Source: Klebsormidium nitens (taxonomy: Eukaryota > Plantae > Klebsormidiophyceae). From it: a DNA stretch of 64,000 nucleotides. The notes under the pieces are model-generated. The model was not told where the DNA came from, did not search any database, and saw only the letters and a program-made list of their open reading frames with translations. The translations under genes were made by a program, and so were the position numbers. Positions 1 through 11,953 of the stretch are shown piece by piece (the stretch's first letter is position 1; every line of letters starts with the position of its first letter). The DNA lies in the NCBI GenBank assembly GCA_000708835.1, contig DF237148.1:1-64000 (forward strand). The letters are read 5' to 3'.

Positions 1-1658
1 CACACCAGAGCTATCCATCATAGAGCCGCGCGAGCAGTTCAGAGCACATTAGGTGCCAGGCCATTGGCGTTGTCAGGTTTCGTAGGCCGTGGGGATCTCT
101 TCACGGTCGCTGCTTCCGGTCGTATCATTGACATTTGAGGTGCTGTGGCACTCACTTTCTGACATTGAGTTGGCTTGGCCAACGCACTGCTTTGTATATA
201 CATATTCATATTGCTAGGGCAAGAGTTGGTTGCCGGTTACCTCTGTACCGGTAGTCTGACTTGCGGTACCCCGGACTGTTAACGGCAGGACAGCCCAAAC
301 CCACTTTGAAACCAATCGCAGACTATGCGCGCGTGCCGTCCACCTGAAGTTTGTTGAGAAAATCTTCTTGCGCGATTTTGATTGGTCCGCTAAACCTGGA
401 GTCATCCGGGACATGTGCTTTATGCCACCATTCTAATAGTAACCGTCCTGGCGTCCGTCCACACGGCGCTGCTCTTGCCCAGCTGTATCCTGCTGTACGG
501 CGAGTAACTGTAGCCTGCTGCCTGCTGCAATCTGCACCTGATATGACATCACTGTCACAGTACAGAAGGTCCTGCACCCTGCCTAAAACTCAAGAAAGGG
601 ACTCGAGTGCAGACTGGTCGATGTTTCTTCCCTGCATCGCACCATATTGTAGAGATTGCTGAAGAGGCACTGCTGGAGGAGGCACAGCCGCACAGTAGGT
701 AGACCGTACGTAGCTGAGCCTGATGTCATCAGTCCTGAGTTTGTAGGTGGGTGAACCAGTTACTCTTTTGCCACCAGAGCGCTTCCTCTTCCTTTGCTGC
801 TTGTTGAGCTGCAGTAGCCTGAGTAGGTGTCTGCTATATCGCACGAGCTACCACCACTGCACCACTGCTCTTGAATTGGAGTAAGAGTAGATTAGTGGTG
901 GGAATCTAAATTGTGCTTTAGTGCCAGGAGCAAGCGTTTTGCGGAATGCTTTGAGTAGGCTGTAGTACTGTAAGCTGCAAGGAGCTCATTGCGTTTGCAT
1001 GATTTTGCATGGTTGACAGATTTTAATCGTGCGACTTGGCATCATTGTGCATAATCTGGTTTTCGAATATAAGACTTCAATGCAGCAAGAAATAAGTCGG
1101 GAGGTGACATCGGTTAGCCTGGTTGTTTAGTTCTAGCAAGATTGCAGACATACACCATTCTGCATCGTTTGAGCCAGTGCCTGGCGCAAACCGCATCTGC
1201 ATTCACTCAAGCTGCAGATGGTCCCTGCTCCTGCGGGCTATGAACGTTCTGGTACTTCAGTAGATTTCGACTTACAGACGTTGGCCCGCAATGGTGAGTT
1301 GGCTGGTACGCCATTCCCTACAGTCTCAAGCTTTATTGCATGTCGGCCGTGCAAAACCCTTTGAAAGCTGGCACACCATTCACATGAACTGCCTGGAAGC
1401 GGTAACCAGCATTGTTGAGATCCTCATAGCTGAACAGCCTACGAGGGCCATGCTAAATGGCAATTGCAGTAGGGATTCCAAGAGCTTTTGCCGTCAATCT
1501 GGGCATCTACCAGCACGGCTGCACCGTGACAGCATCAGCAGGTATAGGTGGTGGCGTCTAAAGTGGCATTGCCAGTAACCGTGGGATGCAAGCTAATTCT
1601 CAAAAACAAGCGCGCCACTATTCAACACTGAATGTGACAGTCCTTTCTTTGTCTGCAG

Positions 1659-1749
1659 GAGAGCACGTTGAAAAGGCCGCGCACGGCAAACACGCTCATT
1701 GCCACATTGAGCGCCGCAATCTTGCTCAGTGTGACGGTGCAGGCAGAAG
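1659..1749 (+). CDS. Candidate signal-peptide exon of the giant gene
   Basis: ttctttgtctgcag|...|gtaggt. Reads ESTLKRPRTANTLIATLSAAILLSVTVQAE (basic, hydrophobic, VQA). Its phase-1 end matches the phase-1 start of exon 2116-2160. A possible upstream ATG mini-exon is 1240-1251 (MNVL|gtact), speculative. Confidence 0.4.
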
Positions 1750-2115
1750 GTAGGTTGACGAGATGACAAGTTTGGACGTGCATATAGGACCTTCTTCATG
1801 TCTTTTAAAATGCGGGGAACACTTTTGGAAGTGACTCTGGCTCTGGATGCAGATGGGAATCTTTGTCCGGCCTATGTCGATTTGCACCAAGTGGCATTCG
1901 AGCTTTTTTTACTCCGGTGCCGGTGCCAGTGCTGCAAATGAGTCCTTCGCCACAAATCACAAACACGCAACAGAGGCCAGGCGTGAAGAGAGATTGCGCA
2001 ACAGTATCCACAGACTTGCTAGCAAGGGGTCACAGGCACCTTAAACCGAGGCACTGACTACATTTGTAAACACTTCAATCTTTGATGGATTCGCCCGACC
2101 CTCGTGCCTTTGCAG

Positions 2116-5100
2116 CTGCTATGGAACATAGTTACTGGCCAGCAATGGGGACCTATAAAGGTGAGTCTCAACGGATACTGCTTTATTAGAGCGGTACTAG
2201 AGCACTTAATCAGTCTTGAATTTGCGCATCTTTCACAATGATAGCCTGTCACAACATTTAGATGAGAAGTTTGGATCTTCAGTTTGGCGGCAAATAAATT
2301 TGCAACCGGCTTTATACAGATGTGTTGCTTATGTACCCTGCAACTTGGCACCGCTTGGTTGTCCAGGTAGCTTAAAGAGATCAATGAAAAGTGTTCTAAG
2401 CTTCATCGGCATTCAACCGTCAGATTGGCAAGATTCTTGCGTGCAGAATCCACTCACGGTATGTTACGTTTTACTTCAGCGTTTGCTTGTTGAAGATACG
2501 ATTGTTTCCACCTACCTTCTGCCTCCCTGCAGGCGGAACAAACCTGACTGTCCTGCTCGAAAGCACCCTTACTGGACAGACCAGTGCCTGGTTGTACTGC
2601 CGCTTCGACTCGATCATTGTCTTCAACGTCGACTATAACGCACGCGCACCGGAGGGGCCGACTGTCACCTTCGTCGTGCCTCCATTCGTTGAAGGAAAGA
2701 AGGAAGTTGGCCTGGCCTTCAGTGTGGACGGGCTCCATTATGAGCCGTTCGGCAAGTTTGTCTATCATGGTGAGCGCAGGCGCTGACTGAATCTACTGCC
2801 TGGTTCGCTCCCTTACGCTTTCGTCTCAAATGTTTGGACGTTTCTTGCTTGAGGAGATAGCAACACTGCAAGTAGTGGTGAGGCGATCTTGTGTGTCCTC
2901 AAACCGGGTACAGCGCAGCAAGGACACCATCTGGCGGCTCTCTCAGATATCAAGCACCTCTTTCGGGACGGCCTTTCGAGCTCGGCTTTTCTTCTTCTGC
3001 GTAGAGCCCCTGATGATCTTCTTGGTGGAACCGCCTGCGGGGCCTCCGGAGGGCGGTCACAAAGTCTCCGTCCGCCTGCTCAACCCAAACCCTTTCCTCG
3101 AGCGCGTCACTGCCGCTGACGTCAGACTCTTGGCAGAACCGAAGTGCCTGTTTCAGGACGCAACAGTGCCCGGTACATATGAACCGGCCTCGGACGGCTA
3201 CCCCTGGCTGTCGGTGTCGTGCAGCGCTCCGCCAGGAGGCCTCGGGACCGTGGACCTCAGTGTATCGCTCAACGGCCAGGAATATACGAGTCTCCCTGGT
3301 ACATATGCGTATACAGCGGACACCATGCAGACGCAAGAGCAGGAAGCAGGTAAGCGAGGGTCTGAAGACTCTGAGCATTGACGTCCTGCCGGCTCACAAC
3401 ATGGCCTCGTTTGGACGGTAAAGGACCCTCCGTAGGGTTGCTTCGATCAGGATCCTACCGTGCTGATAATCCGTGTTTCTCGTCAAAAGGATTTGGCTCG
3501 AAAGTGCAGGCTTCGTAATCGGCACTCGGTGCTTGGCGGATTCGGCGTTATAATGAGCTTTCCTGATGGGCAAACGCACAAAGCTCCCTTCTCTTCGCAA
3601 TTTGTAAAGCCTTCGATATTGTTGCAGTTGCAACGAACGAGTTGACTGCCAGTCCCTCCATTGACGAAGCAGCTTGCGTGCGTACGTTCCGCGTGGGTCT
3701 CCTCATCTTCTGTTGACCCTCCAATGTGCACGTTTTGAACGAATACTGGAGGGGCCTGGGCACAACACAGGTGACAGTAGCTGCTTCACCTTCACATCCC
3801 TCGTTTTGCCTTCTTTGCAGATGTCGAACCTGGTTACATCACCACCGAGACGACAGAAGCGGCTTCATCCTTCTATTACTACACTGAAAAAAAAAGTAAA
3901 CTTGCTCCCCACGCCTGCTTTTTATTCTTGTATTATCCTTTGAGATATGAGATGCCGAGCAACGCCGGGCGATTATAAAACATAAGCTGCTTTTTTTCCG
4001 CTCGCTATTATGGAGACGAGGACGTCAGGTTTGAACCTTCTAAACCAATCTTCCAAACTCAGCATTCCTAGCTCCTCAAAGCAGCGCGTTGAATATTCAG
4101 AGAGCGAGCCTACAACTTAAAGTTGATGCCGAATGCTATGTGGAAGTAACTACAATCTCTTGAGGCGCTGTGAACAGAATTATACATAGCCGCTTTGCTG
4201 TGAAGAGACTTGATCAATTTTATGCTGCCTCTGCTTAAGTCACTGCGTTAATGCGCGTTTCTGTTCAGGGCATGTAGAAAATGAAGCCCTCTGCTTGTCC
4301 GAAAATTGAAGCTGGAGATCTGCAATCTCGACCTAATCCAAAACTCAATGCTTGCTTTCGCCCGGCAATCTTCACTCGTAGGGGCGCTTGGGGTCTTGCT
4401 TAAGCGTTGGCTTAGCTGTTTGATATGGCTTACACTGGTCATACGGCTGGGTCACCGTTGAAACGTCTCTGTCTTCGTTGGAGGGTATGGAGAAAGAGCA
4501 AGCGGCATCGTTTTTCGTCCGGATGCCAGATGACGCCGTCGCGCAACTTTTGAGACTATCATTCCTGCTGTGACGTCACTGGCTTCACGGACCTGCTGAC
4601 GACATTCTGGCCCTCTCATACTCTGTGACCTCCAAGCTCATTCTCAATGCTTCCTTTGTCTTGCAGCGGCTCAGGACCCCGTACTTTTGTCGGCGTGCAT
4701 GATGTCGATCTATCCGAGAATAGGGCCTGGCGCCACGTCCTCCGCTGTCTCCGTCTCCCTTGGAGTAACGTTACCAGTCACGGGCGCCAAACGGCCGCTG
4801 TGCCGGTTCGGAACAAACGTCACGACCGGGTATTACAACGTGGGAACGAAAATTGGCCTCGGCAATGGCACGTTTGTTTACTGCCCGGCGCCCACCATGC
4901 CTCTGGGAGGCACGGTGCCTCTTTCCATCAGCATGGACGGAACGACTTTCACGGGCGCGGCGAGCTTTACGTACTACAGTGAGTCTAACACCTCTCTATC
5001 TTCCGGTGATTGTTGAAAGCGTTGATAGTCTATGCGATGCTTGTGGTGATGCGGAAAATTGTCATGTGCAGCCAAATCTACGCCAGCTTTGCGTTGCTGC

Positions 5101-6690
5101 CCGTGACTTGATTTAAACTTTGGCGGAACCACCCGGTCGTGCCACGTCAGCTTAATTCTGCCTACAGCATCTAAGCACTTCGCGAGGGCTTCGTTGGGCT
5201 TGCTTCCTTGTTGAGCGAAAGCGGTGACCCCGGATCCGTCTTGGATCTGGATAAGTTTGCCATTTTTGTCATGTCAAATGAAATTAGACAGTCCGACCTG
5301 AATATTGCTTTTTCTTTTCCTTATTTACAGCACCCTTAACCGGCTTCAACGTCTCCAATCTCCCCCCGGTCATGAACCAGCTGGGCCCCTTCGAAGCCGT
5401 CATCCAACTCTCTGCCTCCCCCTTCCCCGCCGCCTTCACCAGCTTCGACCAGGTCGCCTTTACCGCCTGGTGCTGGTTAGACGGCATTCAGACCCCGGCC
5501 GCGTACTTCCCACCGGACNNNNNNNNNNNNNNNNNNNNNNNNNNNNNNNNNNNNNNNNNNNNNNNNNNNNNNNNNNNNNNNNNNNNNNNNNNNNNNNNNN
5601 NNNNNNNNNNNNNNNNNNNNNNNNNNNNNNNNNNNNNNNNNNNNNNNNNNNNNNNNNNNNNNNNNNNNNNNNNNNNNNNNNNNNNNNNNNNNNNNNNNNN
5701 NNNNNNNNNNNNNNNNNNNNNNNNNNNNNNNNNNNNNNNNNNNNNNNNNNNNNNNNNNNNNNNNNNNNNNNNNNNNNNNNNNNNNNNNNNNNNNNNNNNN
5801 NNNNNNNNNNNNNNNNNNNNNNNNNNNNNNNNNNNNNNNNNNNNNNNNNNNNNNNNNNNNNNNNNNNNNNNNNNNNNNNNNNNNNNNNNNNNNNNNNNNN
5901 NNNNNNNNNNNNNNNNNNNNNNNNNNNNNNNNNNNNNNNNNNNNNNNNNNNNNNNNNNNNNNNNNNNNNNNNNNNNNNNNNNNNNNNNNNNNNNNNNNNN
6001 NNNNNNNNNNNNNNNNNNNNNNNNNNNNNNNNNNNNNNNNNNNNNNNNNNNNNNNNNNNNNNNNNNNNNNNNNNNNNNNNNNNNNNNNNNNNNNNNNNNN
6101 NNNNNNNNNNNNNNNNNNNNNNNNNNNNNNNNNNNNNNNNNNNNNNNNNNNNNNNNNNNNNNNNNNNNNNNNNNNNNNNNNNNNNNNNNNNNNNNNNNNN
6201 NNNNNNNNNNNNNNNNNNNNNNNNNNNNNNNNNNNNNNNNNNNNNNNNNNNNNNNNNNNNNNNNNNNNNNNNNNNNNNNNNNNNNNNNNNNNNNNNNNNN
6301 NNNNNNNNNNNNNNNNNNNNNNNNNNNNNNNNNNNNNNNNNNNNNNNNNNNNNNNGAAGGAGGATGAGGATGAGAGAAAAGTTGAAACTTCACATTCTTC
6401 CATACCTCCGCTGAGAATAATGAACAGAATGATGAAAATCCGGATGAAAATGAGGCGCTTCATCCCGATCTAGAGTGAATTCAGCCAAGAGAAGGATGAA
6501 GTGAGGAGGATGAGGATGAGGCGCTAAAGCTGTAATACTTACAACTCCATTACGACTTCGTGCACCGGACGCCACCTACCCGTTCCCCAGCGTCCGCTGC
6601 TTCATGAACGCGACCACATGGGGCTAGAAACAGCTCCTCTTCAGCTTGGACGGGTCGTACTCTTTCAGAGTACCGGCGCCGCTCTCGTTC
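2116..6690 (+). CDS. Four IPT/TIG domains (exons 2116-2160, 2533-2769, 3005-3349, 4667-4978, 5331-5518+6571 onward)
   Basis: YWPAMGTYKGGTNLTV...YCRF...AFSVDG; VEPPAGPPEGGHKVSV...PKCLF...SVSLNGQEY; SIYPRIGP...PLCRFG...SISMDG; fourth domain ...VRCF...LLFSLDG. These match the IPT pattern P..G...GGT.v.v / C.F / S.dG..y. Confidence 0.75.
3628..3895 (+). CDS. Two possible small phase-1/phase-1 exons (3628-3681, 3821-3895) in the intron between IPT2 and IPT3
   Basis: gttgcag|..|gtacgt and ttctttgcag|..|gtaaac. Both are open and frame-preserving (VATNELTASPSIDEAACV; VEPGYITTETTEAASSFYYYTEKK). They are not needed for the model. Confidence 0.25.
5511..6570. mobile_element. ~1 kb insertion (mostly hidden in the N gap) splitting an exon, flanked by the 8-bp direct repeat CACCGGAC
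   Basis: CACCGGAC occurs at 5511-5518 and 6563-6570. Removing 5519-6570 gives continuous TPAAYFPPD-ATYPFPSVRCF. There is no AG at the 3' edge, so it is not an intron. The visible part 6356-6562 is D/E-rich decayed coding-like sequence. Confidence 0.55.
5519..6355. other. Assembly gap (N run)
   Basis: Run of N. Confidence 1.
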
Positions 6691-9600
6691 GTCAAACCGA
6701 CCGACAATACGTCCGCCCCGGTCCCGGTCCCCAGCCCCGACGTGGGGGTCCCCCTCTTCGGCCTCGGGAACGTGCTCTCGCTCGGTCCCCCGCTCAAACG
6801 GCCGACGCCCGTGCCAGCTGACACCCTGTGCCTGAAGTATAACGCGGATCCCTCCGCTACCAACGCCAACCTAACGAGTGTCGGTATAGACCAAGGGGTC
6901 TCGTTATCGCCCGCGTTTTCCGCCAGCACAACCATTTACAACGTAATTGGCAACGACCCAAAGGCCGTCACTTTCGCTTTCTCACTGACCCCAGCAGGCC
7001 CCGGGGCAAACGTGTCGGTAGACCTCCTCAGCCCCGTCTCGGTGTCAGGGTCCCCGATCGTGACTGGACTTTTCCGCGGGCCTCTAGTTCCGGGAACGAA
7101 CATCTTCACCGTTCGGGTGACCGGCCCCAACGGCTTCACGCAAATGACGTACTACATCTACGTCACGTGCCAGGCCACGGCCCTAGTCACGAGCCTCACC
7201 GCCGACGCGGCCGCGCTCGCGCCCGCCTTCGCGGAGGGCGTCTACAGCTACGCGCTCTCCGTGAACTCGTCAGTGCAGCAGATTGTTTTGACGGCGGCGA
7301 GCAACGGAACCCGGTATACGCTCGTATACAACGCCGCCGTATACGACCCTGCCCAGCCGTTGGTCGTATATCCTTCCAACACGGCTCTCACAGTCGGCGT
7401 AACAGCTGTTCTTGGCGTGCCGTCCAACCTGCTGTGCCGGAACTACACGACGGCGGCAAACACAAGCAAGCCGCTCTTCCCGGGGGGGGGTATGAACATC
7501 TCGATGGCCAAGCTTCCCGGGGGTTACGGGTTCTTAACCAGTCCGTCAGGGGCGCTAACCGCGACACTCGCTCTCGACTGCTTCGGGACCAAAGTGTTTT
7601 ATGTGTGGGTCACGCAAACGGACAAAACCGCGGTTGTGTACACCCTTACCGTGAAGCGGGCCATGCCCGCTGATCTGACCCCCGCCCTTTCCATCCTGGA
7701 CGTCATTTCGGGGGGCACTGATCCCACGCCGCCGTACAACATTAGCAACCCCGCTGATACGGTGTACTCCATTACCGCGACGTCAATCTATCAGCAACTA
7801 ATGCTGGGAGCCCAGCCGGCAGCTCCTGTTGCTGCCGTTCGGACCGTACCGGACCAGGTGAGGAAACGTGCTCTTTCTAGCCTTTTCTTGTTCTTACCCT
7901 TCTACCTTGGTCCATCAATCAGCACAACTCAGAAACTCAAGCTGTTCAGATTGCTTTCGAAAGATTCGACATGTTGGCAAGCAGCTCAATTGTGCGTTTC
8001 TACGAGTTACCACCTTCCCTTGGTAAAGGATCCCAATCTATGGAGGTAAAGCGGATCGGGTGGGAGTGTCAGACGTCGTTGCTTCACACGCTGAAACATC
8101 CATTCGATCATTGAACTGAGAACTTAGCAAGTGGAACATTGCACATGTTGCTCACCATCACCGGGTATCAACTGGAAAGAGGATCAGGATGTGGACTTTA
8201 CCTGCATCGGACATTTCTTGTATATTATTCTGTTCGTCAAAAGGCCGAACCTTTGGGTCGAAGACTTCTTCAACGGGCATGTAGGCAACCTGGAGAGCCT
8301 TGGAAGAGCCCGCAACTCGAAGCGCTGAGCAAAGTCTCAGCTAGCCTTTCCTTGTGACACGTTTTGCAGGTGAAGCTCGACTACGGCCACAACACCTTCA
8401 GCCTCGCCCTCACCGGCCTGGATTACGTCAGCAAGGCCAGCTACTCCGTCGACGCGTTCGTCCCGTCCGGCGTGCTCGCGCAGATGTTCGTCCAGTACCT
8501 CATCTTCAGCGTCTTCATGGGACCCATACTCCCTGGGCAAACCGCGCCAAGCTCCAACTTCTTCGTCGTAAACACGGGGATGTCTCCCCAGTTCCAGAGC
8601 ACCGGCCCCTTCAATTACTCTGTCGGCGACGGGCAGATAGACTCCAGCCAGATTTACGTCCTGCTAACCACTTGGGAGTGGGACGCGACAGCGACTACCA
8701 CCGTTTCCTGCTGGAGCGGCTGCAGCGGCCCTCTGTACGTAACCGACCAGACTTGGCTAACCCGCGTCTCTAGTTCCATCAGCATCCCCGCGACCAGCAC
8801 GCTAAACTCAACCCAGTGGGCCCAACGGATGAGCGTGTGGGTTCTGGGCCTCGCGTACGGGGTTAACCAGGTCCAGGTTAACGTGACCGGCAGCCTTGGT
8901 GACTCCAGCACGTACTACGTCAGCATAAACCGCGACAGCCTCGTGGCGGATGACGCCACGCTCACGCTGGTCAACGTCTCCGCTCCAAACGGGACCCAGG
9001 CGTTCGGTGGGGCGCAGTTCAGCCCGCTGACGCAAGCATACAACGTCAGCTTGCCGAAACCGGTTCCCAGCCTTCTCTTCAGCGTTCTGACCAAGAACCC
9101 GGCAGCCACAGTCTCTATGACTGTTGACTCGATTCCCGTAGCTCCCAGCCAAATCAGTGCGTCTTACAGCCCCCCCGCTCCGACCACTCAGACCCTTACG
9201 AACAATTTGCAGCCGCTTCCCTCTCAAACGGTCCCCCCCGCTACATATTGGCAGTGGGGGATCCCTTTCGGGAACGTCACCGCGGGGGTTGTGAGACGCG
9301 TCGACTTTACAGTCACTTGCGGAAGCGCGCAGGCTGTGTATTCTTACTGGCTGTCGGTTGCCATTGCACATGATGCTTCGTTGAGCAGTGTGGGCATTTA
9401 CTACGTGGAAGGGACGCAGGTTCCGATCCCGTTGTCGTCTTTCCAGCTGAACGGCAACCAGCAGGTACGTGTTCCAAGCGCAAAAGTCGATCCTCGGCGG
9501 AAACAGTTGACTTGTCCAGAGCGGGAGCGTATGAAGCAGGTCTGATTGTACCCGCTTTTCAAATCTCGAGTTGCTCGTTTCGAGGACCTTCAGACCTTTG

Positions 9601-11482
9601 TCATCTTTGTCGATGTACTGTTCAACGGTTATTCCGAGCATTTTGAACTGAGATGGACAGACACTGACATATGAAGAAGTTGTATCTCAGTATGTTTGCA
9701 TCTCAGACCTTCTCCAAGCTTTTGTTTCTTGCTTGACTCCATTATGCGTTTCTTATGAAGAAAATGAAGCCCTCTTGCAGAGCGCTGAAACAAGTTGGTC
9801 TCTATTAAGGGTGCTGTCGCTTTGTAATATTGAATACAATCACAGCTAATCGTACTGATCGAGACAGCTCTCAAGCAGAGAACTCAACTCAACCAGTCCC
9901 GCGACACTACTTCCTCAGCTTTTCTCTTCGAAACCTAAAAATCATGTATTTCCTCGTTCCGTCAGACACGAGCAGGTTCGCGCACAGCAAGCAGTACAAT
10001 TGCCATGCAGTATTCGCCGTGTCTTCGCGCAGACACCTGTTTGATTGCAAGACCGCGCCTCCGACTTGGTTCAAAGTACCGCCTCCTGATCGGCTCCCTC
10101 TCTTTCCTGGAGCTTTTCTTTCGTGACGACGGATCTTACTATGCTATCACCACAATGAGATTAATCGTTCTGACTTGGACTCATACCATCTGCAGATGTA
10201 CACCGCATCTGTGCCCAAAGCGGTTCAAGCCCTCGGCCTGTACGCAATCCCAACCAACCCGGCCTCTTCGATCTCCCTCAACACATCCGCCCCTTCCGCA
10301 ACCGTCATCCAGCGCCCGGTTCTCAATGCGCCCGGCTCCTGGGTTAGCCCTACCGGTTTCTCTCTCGGGCCCGTCAAAACGGACAGCCTGTTCAGCCTGG
10401 GAGTCACCGCGCCAGACGGCGTCTCTAAGCAAGTCTACCTGCTTGACGTCGTGCGCTTGGCCGGAACCGACGCAACCCTGCGGTCATTAAACGCCACGGT
10501 TAACGGGACGGTTATCCAACTCGACCTCCGGGCGGACCCGGTGCAAGTCCCCGGGCTGACCGCCGGCACAAGCTCCGCCCGCTTTGCCTGGGCGGCGACA
10601 GACTCGGCCGCGGCTTCCGCGTACTCCCTCGACGGAACGACGGTCCTCAGCGGAACGTCGGTAACCCTGTCCCTGTCCCCCGGGACTAACAGCTTCAAGG
10701 TGCGTGTGGTTTCAGAAGATGGGGCGGCCACGGGCTGGTACAGCGTAAACGCTATGGTGCCCATAACCGCCGGGGCAACTCTGGCGACCATGGCAGCCAA
10801 TCCGGGGGTGCTTGTCCCAAACTTTTCTCCGAGTGTCGCCCAATACTCCCTGCGCCTCCCGAGCAACGTCGCCATCTTCGTGCTCAACGCTTCCGCGGCT
10901 GATCGAGCGGTCCAAATATCCTCGACCGGTACCAACCCGCCCGGCCAGTCGTCCCTCAACTTCCCCGGGGAGATGCGGTACAAAGCTGACGTGGGCGGCG
11001 TTATTTTGGGCGTCAACCCCTCCATGAGTGGACCAGCGAGGAAGTATACGGTGACCGTCACTGCCCTGAAAGACTACGAAATGCTGACGTACCTGGACTT
11101 TATGGGCTCCCAAATGGGGATAAAATACCAAGCCCCCCCAAGTAACCCGTCGTTCCCCAATCCGGGGGGCTTGGCGGCGACCGCAGGGCAGCAGGTGCAG
11201 TTCCAGGTCGCCGCAAACTGCTCCCGCTACCAGCGCAACTTCGGGGGCGATTCGGCGCTCTGCGAAGGGATGGGCACACTTGTGGTGCAGCTCATATTGG
11301 GCCCCGCATTTGGAGTTTTTGCTTCCATTGTCACAAACGCGACGTGCACAGTTGCCAAGGGGACGCTTTCTTATACGCCGGTGGCTGCGGGGTTGTATGT
11401 GGTGCAAGCGGCTTTGGCGACCTGTCAGCAGCTCGCGGGGTATTGCGACTCGAAGACGTACAAGCTTCTGTATCTGCCGCAG
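6691..11482 (+). CDS. About 7 cadherin-like beta-sandwich repeats (exons ..7857, 8370-9464, 10196-11482)
   Basis: Repeated motif nA.L.sl......l.P.F......Y.v.v: ATNANLTSVGIDQGVSLSPAFSASTTIYNV; ALAPAFAEGVYSYALSVNSSVQQIVLTA; DDATLTLVNV...FSPLTQAYNVSLP; GATLATMAANPGVLVPNFSPSVAQYSLRLP. Confidence 0.7.
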
Positions 11483-11953
11483 GTGAGTTGATGAGATTCA
11501 CCTGTTGTGATTGTCCAGTTTGCATTCAGTTGCCAATTTCAGGCCTTTTTTCGGATCCAACGTACTTAGCCCGAGTGTTCACATCATCGGAGAGATTAAC
11601 AAAGAAATTGTTAGGATGCTCCATTGTGGGGGCCCATCCCGTTGCCACCTAGCCTGGATCGACTCGTCCTTCCAGAAGCAAGACCGTTCTTCGTTCTGAG
11701 GCTTTGATTTCATTCGCTCCTTCACTTACAAACAGAATTTGAGGGCTCGATGATACTTGGCCCGCCTTCGCGAAATTGATGACAGGATCACCTGCAGACC
11801 ATGATGCTTCCTCACTCTGCAAAGATCTTTGATCTGGCCTTTGACAACCTTAGCACTTTGCCTTACTGCTGGCACTTCCTTCTGCGCAAAGATTGAAATT
11901 CTCACCTAAAAGTAACAGCGCTCTTCCAAATCCTTACATTCTTCGATGTGCAG

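Noticed and set aside
323-577. Faint copia-RT-like stretch (IKIAQEDFLNKL) on the minus strand
   Set aside because: Only one short resemblance. No YVDD/YADD core or LTR was seen.
1853-2000. Exon candidate after atgcag at 1852 (…LCRF…)
   Set aside because: The signal-peptide frame hits TGA and no convincing donor fits. Exon 1659-1749 can join 2116 directly in phase.
5305-6463. Long ORFs in the track at 5305-6463
   Set aside because: Artefacts of translating through the N gap.
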